A DNA stretch of 62,000 nucleotides, taken from Chiloscyllium plagiosum. Its lineage: Eukaryota. Below, one piece after another: positions 51,305 to 61,730 of this stretch. The stretch's first letter is position 1, and each line of letters starts with the position of its first letter. The notes below the pieces were generated by a model, which saw nothing but the letters and a program-made list of their open reading frames with translations, had not been told where the DNA came from and made no database searches. The stretch is taken from assembly GCF_004010195.1 (NCBI RefSeq), contig NC_057751.1, forward strand, positions 3,425,907 through 3,487,906. The letters are read 5' to 3'. A program made the position numbers and the translations under genes.

Positions 51305-52205
51305 GTAAGTTTGCAGATGACCTCAAAATTGGAGGTGCACTAGACAGTGTAGAAACTCACCTCAGAGTACGATGGGATTTTGATTAGATGGGCTGAGGAG
51401 TGGCAGATGGAGTTCAATTCAGATAAAGGCACAGGGTGTTGCGTTTTGGAAAGGCAAATCAAGGCAGGACTTAAAAAAACTCAGTGGTCAGGTCCTGGGG
51501 AGTGTTGCTGAACAAAGAGACCTTGGAGTGCAGGTTCATAGCTCCTTGAAAGTGGAGTCCCAGGTAGATAGGATAGTGTAGAAGGTGTTTGGTTTCCTTT
51601 ATTGGTCAGAGTATTGAGTGCAGGAGTTGGGAGGTCATGTTGCAGCTGTATTGGTTAGGCCACTGTTGGAATATTGTGTGCAGTTCTGGTCTCCTTCCTA
51701 TCGGGAAGATGTTGTGAAACTTGAAAGGGTTCAGAAAAGCTTGATCAGGATGTTGCTGGGTCTGGAGGGTTTGAGCTACAGGGAGAGGCTGAACAGGCTG
51801 GGGCTGTTTTCCCTGGAGCGTCGGAGGCTGAGGGGTGACCTTATAGAGGTTTATAAAATCATGAGGGGCATGGATAGGATAAATAGGCAAAGTCTTTTCC
51901 CCAGGATAGGAGAGTTCAAAAGTAGACTGCTTAGGTTTAAGGTGAGAGGGGAAAGATTTAAAAAATACCTGAGGGATAACTTGTTTATACAGAGTGTAGG
52001 ACGTGTATGAAATGAGCTGTGAGAGGAAATGGTGGAGATGGGTATAATTCCAAGATTTTAAAAGGCACTTGAATTGATATATAAACAGAAGTGGGTTAGA
52101 GGGATTTGGGCCAAATGCTGGCAAATGGAATGACGTCAGATTGGGATGTCTGGTCAGTTGAGATGAGTTGGACCGGAGAGTGTTTTTCTGTGCTGTAGCC
52201 TCTAT
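51305..52205 (+). mobile_element. CR1 3' portion
   Basis: KFADD and LVRPLLEYCVQFWSPSYREDV. Confidence 0.93.
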
Positions 52206-52214
52206 AGAATCCAG

Positions 52215-52520
52215 GCTGGTGATCCAGTGAGGGAGTGCTGCACTGTCAGAATTCTCAGCTTTTGGAGGAGGTGTTAAAGCATGGCCCTGTCTGACCCCTC
52301 TGGAGGATGTAAATGATCCTGTGACACCTTTCAAAAAAGAGCAGGCAGGTTATCGTCGCTGTCCTGGTCAATGTTTATTCCTCAAAACAGATCGTCTGGT
52401 GAGTTGTCTGTTGTGTGGGAGCTTGTTGTATACAATTGAGTCTTTTGTTTTCTCCATTTGAAAAGTGATCTCAGTTGAGGAGGACTTTGGGGCAGCTGGC
52501 AAGTGTTTATGGAGTGTTGA
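52215..52520 (+). mobile_element. Deu-domain SINE (SacSINE1/AmnSINE1-like), degraded
   Basis: gagggagtgctgcactgtc...gaagagcagg-like...tgtgggagcttg. Confidence 0.7.
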
Positions 52521-53027
52521 AATGTTAGTCAGTGGGCAGCACTCGCTCACTCACTCACTCAGCAAGTTCCAGGAAATATGAATTGGGGAAACTCTGATGT
52601 GCTCATTGAAACTGTGGCTCTCCAAATGGTTCAGTTCGCAAACGTGACACGGTACTATGCAGCAACAACAACGTAGATTTCAATCAGGCTTTGAACCAGA
52701 GAAAATATTCTCGAGGAGCTTCCTGGGATCATGGTAACGCAGAATCACAGGGAGGGGTGTTGTGACAGGGCTTGTAGCGAAAAGAAAGAGAGATGGAGGT
52801 GATCATGGAGGGAATTCCAGAGTTTGGGATCCAGACAGCTGGGGTCTTGGACATAGAGAGAGGAGAATATGGAGGGATTTGGAAAGAGAATGGAAGTGTT
52901 AACATTGAGGCAACAAGGGCACAGTAAGTGAAAGGGTGCCCATCCCAAATGCCGTCATGGTAAAGTCGGAACAGAATCTGTACGATACCTTGTCAGTTTC
53001 ACCTGCTGTTTGTTGCTTCTGTTGCAG

Positions 53028-53174
53028 GTCATGTACTACACAGAAATGTCCAAGATATTTGGAGATCTGACTGGCCAGATTGAGCAGCAGGGAATGACTG
53101 ATGAACAGCGCGAGAAAGAAAATGAAGCCAAACTGAATGATCTGCGAGCTCTCTCCATTGTAGCAGATGACTGA
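53028..53174 (+). CDS. BIN3: BIN3 final coding exon, through the TGA stop
   Basis: ttctgttgcag| acceptor, phase 0; VMYYTEMSKIFGDLTGQIEQQGMTDEQREKENEAKLNDLRALSIVADD*, matching the BIN3 C-terminus ...LRALSIVADD. Confidence 0.97.
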   Translation, partial: VMYYTEMSKIFGDLTGQIEQQGMTDEQREKENEAKLNDLRALSIVADD

Positions 53175-53199
53175 ACTAGAACACGTAAAGGCAGCATAC

Positions 53200-53726
53200 C
53201 GCATCATAGCTGGGTTTAATCTGCGGGTTTCCGGAAGAATCCTCATTTGGGTGGGTTTGGGGTAAAAGCAGTAATGTTGTTGGGGACTGATGTGGAGTTC
53301 CTCAGTTTTGAACCTTTCTTTTCCCCCCTTTTTGTACATCCCACGATGAAGGTAATGACATTGTCTGTGTGGGATTTGTCTGTTCTCCCTGTGTCTGTAT
53401 GGGTTTGCTCTGGGTGCTCTCGTTTCCTCCCACAGTCTAAAGTTAGGTGGCTTGGCCATGGGAAATGCAAGATTACAGGGATAGGGTAGCAGGGTGGGTC
53501 TTCGGGGGGTTGGCGTGGACCTGATGAGTCAAATGGCCTTTTGCCGCACTGATGGTATGATTTGACTGGGGCTCCTCTTCAGGGTCTGCTGCTGGTCCAG
53601 TTTGACAGGTGGAGAGAAGGCAGCAGTGAATGGTGCTCCTTGCCTCTGTGCCATTCCTGCCTATCCTGGGAGCAGTCCATGCAATTCTCTCCTGCCTCTC
53701 TCTCTCTCTCTCTTGGCTATACTGGG
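53200..53726 (-). pseudogene. Possible antisense exon overlapping the BIN3 3'UTR, interrupted by an HE1 SINE
   Basis: ttccctgcag| phase-1 acceptor, open reading QYSQERERERQERIAW...PEEEPQSNHTI; candidate donor CG|gtatgc. Confidence 0.35.
53385..53555 (+). mobile_element. Truncated HE1-like SINE in the putative BIN3 3'UTR
   Basis: tgtgtgggatttg...gggtttgctctggg...gcttggccatg. Confidence 0.75.
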
Positions 53727-54794
53727 CTGCAGGGAACGTGACCTGACAGGAGAAGGCTTGAGCCGCTGTGTTACCAATACACTGAGTCTTTCCCACCCAG
53801 CCTGACTGTATGTGTCCATCGTGGAGCAGTCAGTGCAACAAAACGAGAGAAATAGTGTTTCCATGGGTCATCTCGTTCTCAAGAGGACAATTCATTGAGA
53901 CAATGATCCTTGCTTTCCCACAGTGGCCAAAGACAGTGAATTGAAGGGGAGCAGAATGAGGGGCAGTGAGCTTTATGGGTATTGCGCCCAAGACCAAACT
54001 CTGGCGACCTTAGCACTACACCAACTGCACCCTAATTTTCTTAAAGTATCTATCAGACCTCATGGCGACAAAATACGCTGCTCAGCCTCAGGGATGTCCG
54101 GTCTGTGGGGAAAATACAACTCCCAAATTCGGACTATTTGACCCAAAGGGATCAGGACAACAGGGCATTGAGTGGTTTATTGTTTGAATCTGAAGTTGGT
54201 GATTGTACTCCAAAGGCAAAACTAAATGATCGTTTGGTGGGAGGGAGGGAGGGAGGAGGGATCTCTGTTTTGAAAATGGGTTCACGTTTCACGTGGAGCC
54301 CAACAAGGCAGTAACATTGGGACCCTTTTCTTTATTCATGGTATGGATTTCAGTCTAGCCCACATTATATCAGGGCTTACTGAGTCCTGTGCAGAGCTGC
54401 TGTCTGGCATGTTTCTGAGCTGCTTCATTGCTCCATGGTCAGTGGTCTCAGCAACAAGTCAAACCCATTGAGGAGAGAAGGTGGGCAAGGAAGGAATTGT
54501 TGGATTCCTCTACATTTTTCAGGGGCTTGGAAAATATAGCTTTCCTTCACCGTCATCTCTTGTTTCTGCTTCCAGAAGAACACACACACGTTAATGACGA
54601 GTTAATGTTTCCTCTCTCTGTAGCTTTACAAAGGATGTGATTTTGTAATGTTTGTAAATAATCTGATGTCTTGTGAATTCTATAAAAATCTGATTGTGCA
54701 ACTGGTTGTTGTCTGTGTGATAGGATTGTCTGTTGCCTGCAATCGTTCCTGACAGGGAGCGTGCAGTTCCTGGGGAGGGACGGAGTGAGCTCAC

Positions 54795-54853
54795 GGAACC
54801 ACTTCCTCAAGGCCAAGGTCCTAACCTCAGTTTTAGCTGTCAGTTTCAAGTTC
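54795..54853 (-). pseudogene. Antisense gene exon (59 bp, phase 2 to 1, open)
   Basis: tccatccccttaacaag|...C|gtgagc; (E)NLKLTAKTEVRTLALRKWF. Confidence 0.62.
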
Positions 54854-55639
54854 CTTGTTAAGGGGATGGACATGAGACAGGACTTAATGGAACCAATGGT
54901 CTCAGAACCACATACAAACATCAGAACAGGAGCCAACCATTTAGCTTCTGAAATCTGTAAAGGTCAGGGTTAATCTTGGACTGACTCTTGAGTTTTGGAA
55001 GAATCTCTGGCTCTATGCTTTGATTGGACTCTGGACTGAGATTCCTCAGCTCTCTGTGAGAGGGAATTGCAAAGATTCACAAGTGAAGAACACTTCTCCT
55101 CAGCTCAGTTGGAAATTGCCAACCCCTGACCCCAATCCTCCCCCCTCCCCAACCCTCAGAGTCAATACAAATAACCTTGCAGCATCTATCCTGTCAACAG
55201 CTGAGACAGTATTCACTGGTCCATTTCCATTGTCAGCAAGTCCAATTCACAAAACCAAAGAAGTTCAGATGGAGGATCACTGGATCTGAACAATGAACTT
55301 TGCTTTCTCTCCACAGAAGCTGCCAAGACCTGCTGAGTTTCTCCAGCAATTTCTGTGTTTGTTTCTGACACCAGGTTCAAATTTCATCTCCCAAAATTTG
55401 AGTTGTTATGTGAAGACAATTTTTAGCTGAAAGTGTTTTTGTTTGATTTGAAAAGTCAAGGTAATTTTAAAATGATGGAAACCAAGTTTTGATAAGTGTT
55501 TAACTGTGACTGATTTGTGCTCAGTTCATAGCTTGTCAACAATTCTACAACATGAGGGTCAACATGTTCCCTTTGAAGGAACAAGGTGCCTAACTGGCCT
55601 ATTGACATCTTGAATAGGATTTGCCAGTAATGTACAAAA

Positions 55640-55820
55640 ATACCAAAAGAATTGTGGATGTTGGAAATCAGAAATTGCTGGAAAAACTCAGCAGGTCTGG
55701 CAGCATCAGTGCAGAAAAATCGGGGTAAGTGTTAACTGCACCCGTAATGTAAACTCTGATTCCTCTACACACATGTTGCCAGACCTGCTGAGCTTTTCCA
55801 GCAACTTCGGTTTTTGTTTT
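55640..55820. mobile_element. Penelope-derived hairpin (related pieces at about 18420-18525, 22945-23120, 29935-30062, 38200-38290, 46600-46715, 50745-50845, 55255-55370)
   Basis: gctgccagacctgctgag...ccagca arms in inverted orientation. Confidence 0.75.
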
Positions 55821-56144
55821 TACCAGTACATTTGTTGTCTGTCATGGGAAATGTTCAGTTCCTGTGCACGACCTTGGACAGATAATTCCACTGTCACATT
55901 GAAACAGTTCAAACACCTGGGGCCAGGTTCATTCATGGTTTACTGGTTTGGTCTTCTGCACCAGTCTCAAGCACATCTTGTGTTGTTTGCACATCTGCCA
56001 GGCACCAAACAGAAGGAATTCACAAATCAATCTGTCCACACTGTGACCTCCTGTAAACTTTCCCAGTGGGTCAGGCAGCAACTTTGGAACTTATTTGTGG
56101 TGTTGCTGAATCCCCTTTGACCTAAAACAGGAACTCTCTTTGTG

Positions 56145-56590
56145 ATTTTTGAGAAGATCTGTCGCTCAGGTTGTTGATAAGAATGTAAGTTAGCTCACTG
56201 AGCTGGAAGGTTTGTTTACAGACATTTCATCACCCATACTCGGTAACATCATCAATGAGAGTCTCCAGGGAAGTGCAGGTGATATGTCCCATCTCTCTGT
56301 TTACAGGTCCTAGTTTCTTAAGGTGAGTGATGTCATTTCCGGTTCTTTTTATTCAAGGGAAGGTAGATAGGATCTCAATCGATGTGTTGATCGATGGAGT
56401 TCCTGTCAGAACGCCATGACGTGAAGAATTCTTGTGTGTGTCTTTGTTGCGCCTGTCCGAGGATGTGTGTGTTGTCCCAGTCGAAGTGGTGTCCTTCTTT
56501 GTATGTATGGAAACGAGTGATTGTGGGTCGTGTCTTTGGTGGCCAGTTGCAGTTCATGTATCCTGGTGGCAAGTTTCCTGCTCGTTTGTA
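56145..56590 (-). mobile_element. Penelope 3' fragment (GIY-YIG C-part plus pseudo-LTR)
   Basis: QTSRKLATRIHE and HHFDWDNTHILGQA...EF motifs. Confidence 0.85.
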
Positions 56591-56649
56591 GTTTTATTTC
56601 CTCCCTGATGCTGCCAGACTTCTTGTGTATTTCCAGCACTTCTGGTCTG

Positions 56650-57691
56650 TACTCCCTGAAACTTTCCTGATGGAGAAGTGTGATGTTCAGCTGATGCTGT
56701 CTAAAGTTGAATGTTCGAGGGGTTGAAAGAACAATCTCTTCTGATTCTTATTTTAGTTTTTGTGTGTTTATTTTTAAACTCTGGTTTGTAACCAAAATGG
56801 TGTTGGAGAATGGCAACTTTGTACACTTTTCACTGTAACCATGTACTTGGAGTGCATGTGACAATAACACTAATTCTAAATGCTGAATCCTTTTATTTTA
56901 CATCTACCTTGCTTGCATTTCCCTTTTTAGTTTGTTCTCACTGTCTGGTTGGCACCCTGACCCCTCTCTCTCATCAGTGCCTCACTATCTCTCAAAGTCT
57001 CTGCCCCTCAAAGTGTTTTACTGTCAGTTTTTACATTGTAGGGGCCATGGTTTTTGAGACTTCCCTCGTTTGCTAAGTCACTTCAGGACGAGGGATTGTG
57101 GGAGACCTCTGGATGCTCCTTGAGTTGTGCAGTACTTCTTGAAGCAGACAAAACTCCATCCAGCCCTCGCACTGAGTTCTTTTGGTTTCCAGTTGATTTT
57201 TCCGTTGCCATGGATAACGCTTCTCCAGAGTAGAATGTTAGAGTAATTCTTTCAAATCTCTTGAGAGACCAGGAATAGTTTGTCTGAGAGGACTGTGGGA
57301 GACAGTGACCCCCATTGGAATATTGTTGCTACTGCATGTATTCTTGACCCAACAAATCAGAATCTCATTCAGTAACTTCAGCAATGAGAGACTGAAAGAG
57401 AGAGAGAGTGCCAACCAGACAGTGAGAGCAAACTAAAAAGGGAAATGCAAGCAAGGTAGATGTAAAATAAAAGGATTCAGCATTTAGAATTACATGATTA
57501 CAGTGAAAAGTGTACAAAGTTGTCATTCTCCAACACCATTTTGGTTACAAACCAGAGTTTAAAAATAAACACACAAAAACTAAAATAAGAATCAGAAGTT
57601 AAGAGGGGACTTTCAACCCCTCAAGAACATTCAACTTTAGACAGCATCAGCTTAACATCACACTTCTCCATCAGGAAAGTTTCAGGGAGTA
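56650..57691. repeat. Long inverted repeat: arms about 56650-56980 and 57391-57691, with a spacer of about 410 bp
   Basis: tactccctgaaactttcctgatggagaag... is the reverse complement of ...cttctccatcaggaaagtttcagggagta; a few indels. Confidence 0.95.
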
Positions 57692-57897
57692 ATTGTTAGT
57701 TTCAATGATCAGTCGCAGATAGAGTGTGATAAAGTCTTCTGTTGTCATGTCAAAACAACCACAAATTGTTATTCAAGTGCTCAGTAAATGTGTGTCCCTT
57801 TTGTCAGCCTGTCGGAGAAAAATTCCAGATGATATTTCCCACTCGTGAACAACGAACTCTGCCTCATGAATCAGCGAGGTGAATCAGCCTCACATAC

Positions 57898-58119
57898 TCC
57901 CAAAGTTCTGAGTCAGACAAGTCTCTGACATCACTGTTCAATGTGGAAAGCCTGGTGAGATCTGTCTCTGTAAGATCATCGGACATGGAATTGTGAGCTG
58001 GCATTTCCTGCTCAGCAAATTTGGAAGTTGTGACATGAGGACTGCACAGCTCTGTGCTGAGGGAATGCTTCCTGAACAAGGTCCTGCATTGTTTTAGCCA
58101 CACAACCCATTCACAAGCC
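57898..58119 (-). pseudogene. Antisense gene exon (222 bp, phase 2 to 2, open)
   Basis: cttgatcttcctatcag|...GA|gtatgt; (W)ACEWVVWLKQCRTLFRKH...SDDLTETDLTRLSTLNSDVRDLSDSELW. Confidence 0.7.
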
Positions 58120-58852
58120 CTGATAGGAAGATCAAGAGTTCAGCCATGACATCAACATCCAAATATTCTGAGGGCTATCTTCATCCCAGCTCAGTGGACG
58201 TTTGAAAGGGGACGAGCAGCACCAAATTGAGGAGATTCAGGATTATTTCCCTGAAGGTGTGTGAGAGTGATCTGCATTGATCTTTGAAAAATGTCCGAAA
58301 TGGTCATCGTCGTGATGGGGATCCAAATGATGCTGGTTAAACAAGATGGGTGAAAAACACCCATTACTTGGTAAAAAGCATATTTTACATGGGGCAAGAA
58401 ACACCAGTTATTCTAAGCATGTAGAGCTGTTAATCACAAATCGAACATGTGCAATGTTGTCTTCCATTCTGAGACTGCATGGCAGAGATGAAAATTCAGG
58501 CAGTAAGAACATATTGATGTTGGACCCAAAGTTCAACTGTTCTTTCGCACTTTCCAGTTCTCATGTGCACCAATCACCTCGCAGTGAAAAATGATTCAAA
58601 AATTTACTTTGGAGTCAAGAACAAAACAGGAACTTTTATTTTACACTTCGATGGAATAAAAATGTCTGTGATATTCCAAGTCATGCCAGGCTCCTGGCCA
58701 ACAGCAGTTATGTTGTGTTCCTGATGTGATGACATGTCACACCGTGCTGAACAGCACAGAACAGGGGACTGAGCATGAGGTTATAAAGATATGACTGAGG
58801 CAGAGATAGAGGCAAAGGAGTTCGGGGGAATGTGCATGATCTGACTGCTCAC

Positions 58853-58974
58853 CAATCTACCTTTCTGTGCTTGTCTGACCTGAAATTGTCTATGGTTCTG
58901 GGTAACTTTGAAGAATCTGCTTTAGCAAAAGCAGTAACCATTCCCTTGACAACAAGGCTCCTTCTTATTGTGAT
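58853..58974 (-). pseudogene. Antisense gene exon (122 bp, phase 0 to 2, open; alternative acceptor 4 nt upstream)
   Basis: cctcctctctgctgcaagacag|...TG|gtgagc; ITIRRSLVVKGMVTAFAKADSSKLPRTIDNFRSDKHRKVD. Confidence 0.68.
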
Positions 58975-59068
58975 CTGTCTTGCAGCAGAGAGGAGGTGTA
59001 CTTTTATGGGAAATGCTGATGATGCCATCACTGCCTCATGTCACTCTGTCCTCTTGTAGCATGATGTG

Positions 59069-59178
59069 GAGATGCCGGTGTTGGACTGGGGTGTACAAAG
59101 TTAAAAATCACGCTCCGAAAGCTAGTGTGCTTCCAAATAAACCTGTTGGACTATAACCTGGTGTTGTGTGATTTTTAA
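59069..59178. mobile_element. Short Penelope-derived element with an 18-bp TSD
   Basis: ctcttgtagcatgatgtg (59051-59068) and ctcttgtagcatggtgtg (59179-59196). Confidence 0.85.
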
Positions 59179-59262
59179 CTCTTGTAGCATGGTGTGCTGC
59201 AGTCTGTCCAAATTGGGGAGTTTGAGCCCTGCTATGAAAGTTACCATGATTGGAGTATACAA

Positions 59263-60453
59263 ATGGCTTTGTGCATGGGAAATCATGTCTCACAAACTTG
59301 ATTCTGTTTTATGAAGAAGGCAAACTGGTGGACGTGATCTATATGGACTTCAGTGAGGAGTTCGACAAGGTTCCTCATGGGAGAATGGTTAGCAAAGTTG
59401 GATCACAGAGAGAACGAGCCATTTGGATACAGAACTGGCTCGACAGCAGAAAACAGAGGGTGGTGATGGAGGCTTGTGACCAGGGGAGTGCCACAACGAT
59501 TGGTGCTGGGTCCACTGCTTTTTGTCATTTATATAAATGATTTGCATATAAACATAGCAGGTATAGTCAGTGAGTTTGCAGAAGACACCAAAATTGGAGG
59601 GGTCATGGACAGCAAAGAAGGTTACCTCAGATTATAATGTGAACTTATCAGATGAGCCAATGGGCTGAGAAGTGCCAGATAGAGTTTAATTCAGATAAAT
59701 GCGAGGTGCTGCATTTTGGGAAAGCAAATCTTAGCAAGACTTATACACTTAATGGTAAGGTCCAAGGAAGTGTTGCTGAACAAAGAGACCTTGGAGTGCA
59801 GGTTCATAGCTCCTTGAAAGTGGAGTCGCAGGTAGATAGGATAGTGAAGAAGGTGTTTGCTATGCTTTCCTTTATTGGTCAGAGTATTGAGTACTGGAGT
59901 TGGGAGGTCATGTTGCAGCTGTACAGGACATCGGTTAGGCCACTGTTGGAATATTGCATACAATTCTGGTCTCTTTCCTATCGGAAAGATGTTGTGAAAC
60001 TGAAACTTCAGAAAAAATTTACAAGGTTGTTGCTAGACGCTGAAGAAGCAGGGGCTGCTTTCCCTGGAGCGTTGGAGGCTGAGGTGTGACCTTTATAAAA
60101 TCATGAGGGGCATGGATAAGATAAATAGACAAAAGTCTTTTCCCTGGGGTGGGGGAGTCCAGAACTCGAGGGCATAGGTTTAGGGTGAGAGGGGAAAGAT
60201 ATAAAAGGGACCTAAGGGGCAACTTTTTCACACAGAGGGTGGTGCGTGTATGGAATGAGCTGCCAGAGGATGTGGTGGAGGCTGGTACAATTACAGCATT
60301 TAAGAGGCATTTGGATGGGTATATGAATAGGAAGGGGTTCGGAGGGATATGGGCCGGGTGCTGGCAGGTGGGACTAGATTGGGTTGGGATAGTTGGTTGG
60401 CATGGATGGGTTGGACCCAAGCCTCTGTTTCCGTGCTCTACATCTCTATGACT
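59263..60453 (+). mobile_element. 5'-truncated CR1 LINE
   Basis: GFVHGKSCLTNL...FFTQRVVRVWNELP and a tctatgactc tail. Confidence 0.95.
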
Positions 60454-60475
60454 CAATAACACTCCAGGAACCTAC

Positions 60476-60597
60476 TTCCGTGTGTGATCCCTGCTCCATG
60501 CCAAAAAAAAAGTGTTCGTTTAATCCACAGTATTGAGCTGGGAATCTTTCTTTCACTTGTTCTGGCTGCAAGCTCAGAAGCTGGGCGGGTCCTGATT
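60476..60597 (-). pseudogene. Antisense gene exon (122 bp, phase 1 to 0, open)
   Basis: ccatttag|...GAA|gtaggt; SGPAQLLSLQPEQVKERFPAQYCGLNEHFFFGMEQGSHTE. Confidence 0.6.
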
Positions 60598-60910
60598 CTA
60601 AATGGCCAGCAGAGTGGGTGAGCACGGAGTGATGTCTGTATTTTACCCCAGAGTCACAAAGAGTGAAGACTCAAACAACAATTCCAAATGGTTATTCTCT
60701 GGAAATGTTCTCAATTATTGATTAATGATCAATTAATTAGTTAATTACAAATTAATTAATTTGATTATTTCAATTGTTCATCAATAATTTTTAATACTTC
60801 AATAAAGAAGTTACTTATTACGTGAAGAGCCCACAGTCAGAGCTGGCCCCTGAGATCAGCAATGTCTGGATTTGTCACCAGAGGGAACAAGGTGGCAAAG
60901 GTCCACTCAC

Positions 60911-60939
60911 ATCCAAACAGCAGTCTGAAAGATTCTTTG
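60911..60939 (-). pseudogene. Antisense gene candidate micro-exon (29 bp)
   Basis: tgcttgcag|...GGAT|gtgagt; KESFRLLFG; the junction codon with the next exon is T|AA (stop, plausibly CpG-decayed CAA). Confidence 0.45.
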
Positions 60940-61730
60940 CTGCAAGCATACTCATTAATTAATTAATTAATTGATTGATTGATTGATAGTTAATTAATCA
61001 ATTATTTGTATAATAAATTATTTGCTGGGGGTTTAATATAGATTTGAACCTATGTTTCTGGAAGTAACTACCACGAACTGGACAAGTGCTTTATCCATTT
61101 GGCCAGTGGTTGCTGGTGAAGTTTGATGCTCTGGGTATATTTATTGTGTGAGGAGCCTATTATGCTGCTGAGATGTTAAGTATAAGTTGCAAAAACTGCT
61201 TTCCATGTGAGCTCTGGTGGCAGAGTGGTAAAGGAATGGTCTCTTGAAACCAACCTCCTGGGTTCAAATTCTGGCTGGGGAATCTTTAGTGATTTTAAGG
61301 AAATGTTTATTTTGCAAACAGCAGTAAAACCCAGCAGCCTCTGGTGACACTCCCTACAGTTATCACTGAGTCTGAATCTGATCTTATTTAGCACTGAGTT
61401 CACTTACCAAATTAATTACTCTAACCTTTCCTATCTTAGGCTAGGCTTATTCCCTACACTGGGACTTGAACCCAGCACCTTTCAGATCTTATCCAGGCTC
61501 TCTAACTGTGTGCCACCAGACACATGCCTGAAAAGAATTACTTTTAGGAGGTATTTATAAGCTCAGACTTTATTGCCAATTCAGAAACAGAGCCCACTCA
61601 GCCTCGAAATTGGACAGATTGATTCATTTCATCCTTCAGATTAAAAATGGGTTAGCTTCATGCTGAGGACAGTTCAACTTTCAAACATGAACAAATAGAA
61701 TATAATGACTTCTATGCCCAGCCAATATGG

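Larger units (their letters stand above)
7121..60939 (-). pseudogene. Unnamed multi-exon antisense gene, largely decayed; putative ZU5/UPA plus death-fold protein interleaved with BIN3 (5' end probably beyond the window)
   Basis: About 20 minus-strand segments with polypyrimidine-AG acceptors and GT donors, several phase-compatible runs, protein-like translations; stops, frameshifts and TE insertions in the middle exons. Confidence 0.75.

Noticed and set aside
51606..52334. 242-aa minus-strand ORF
   Set aside because: Antisense shadow of a CR1 3' end and a SINE
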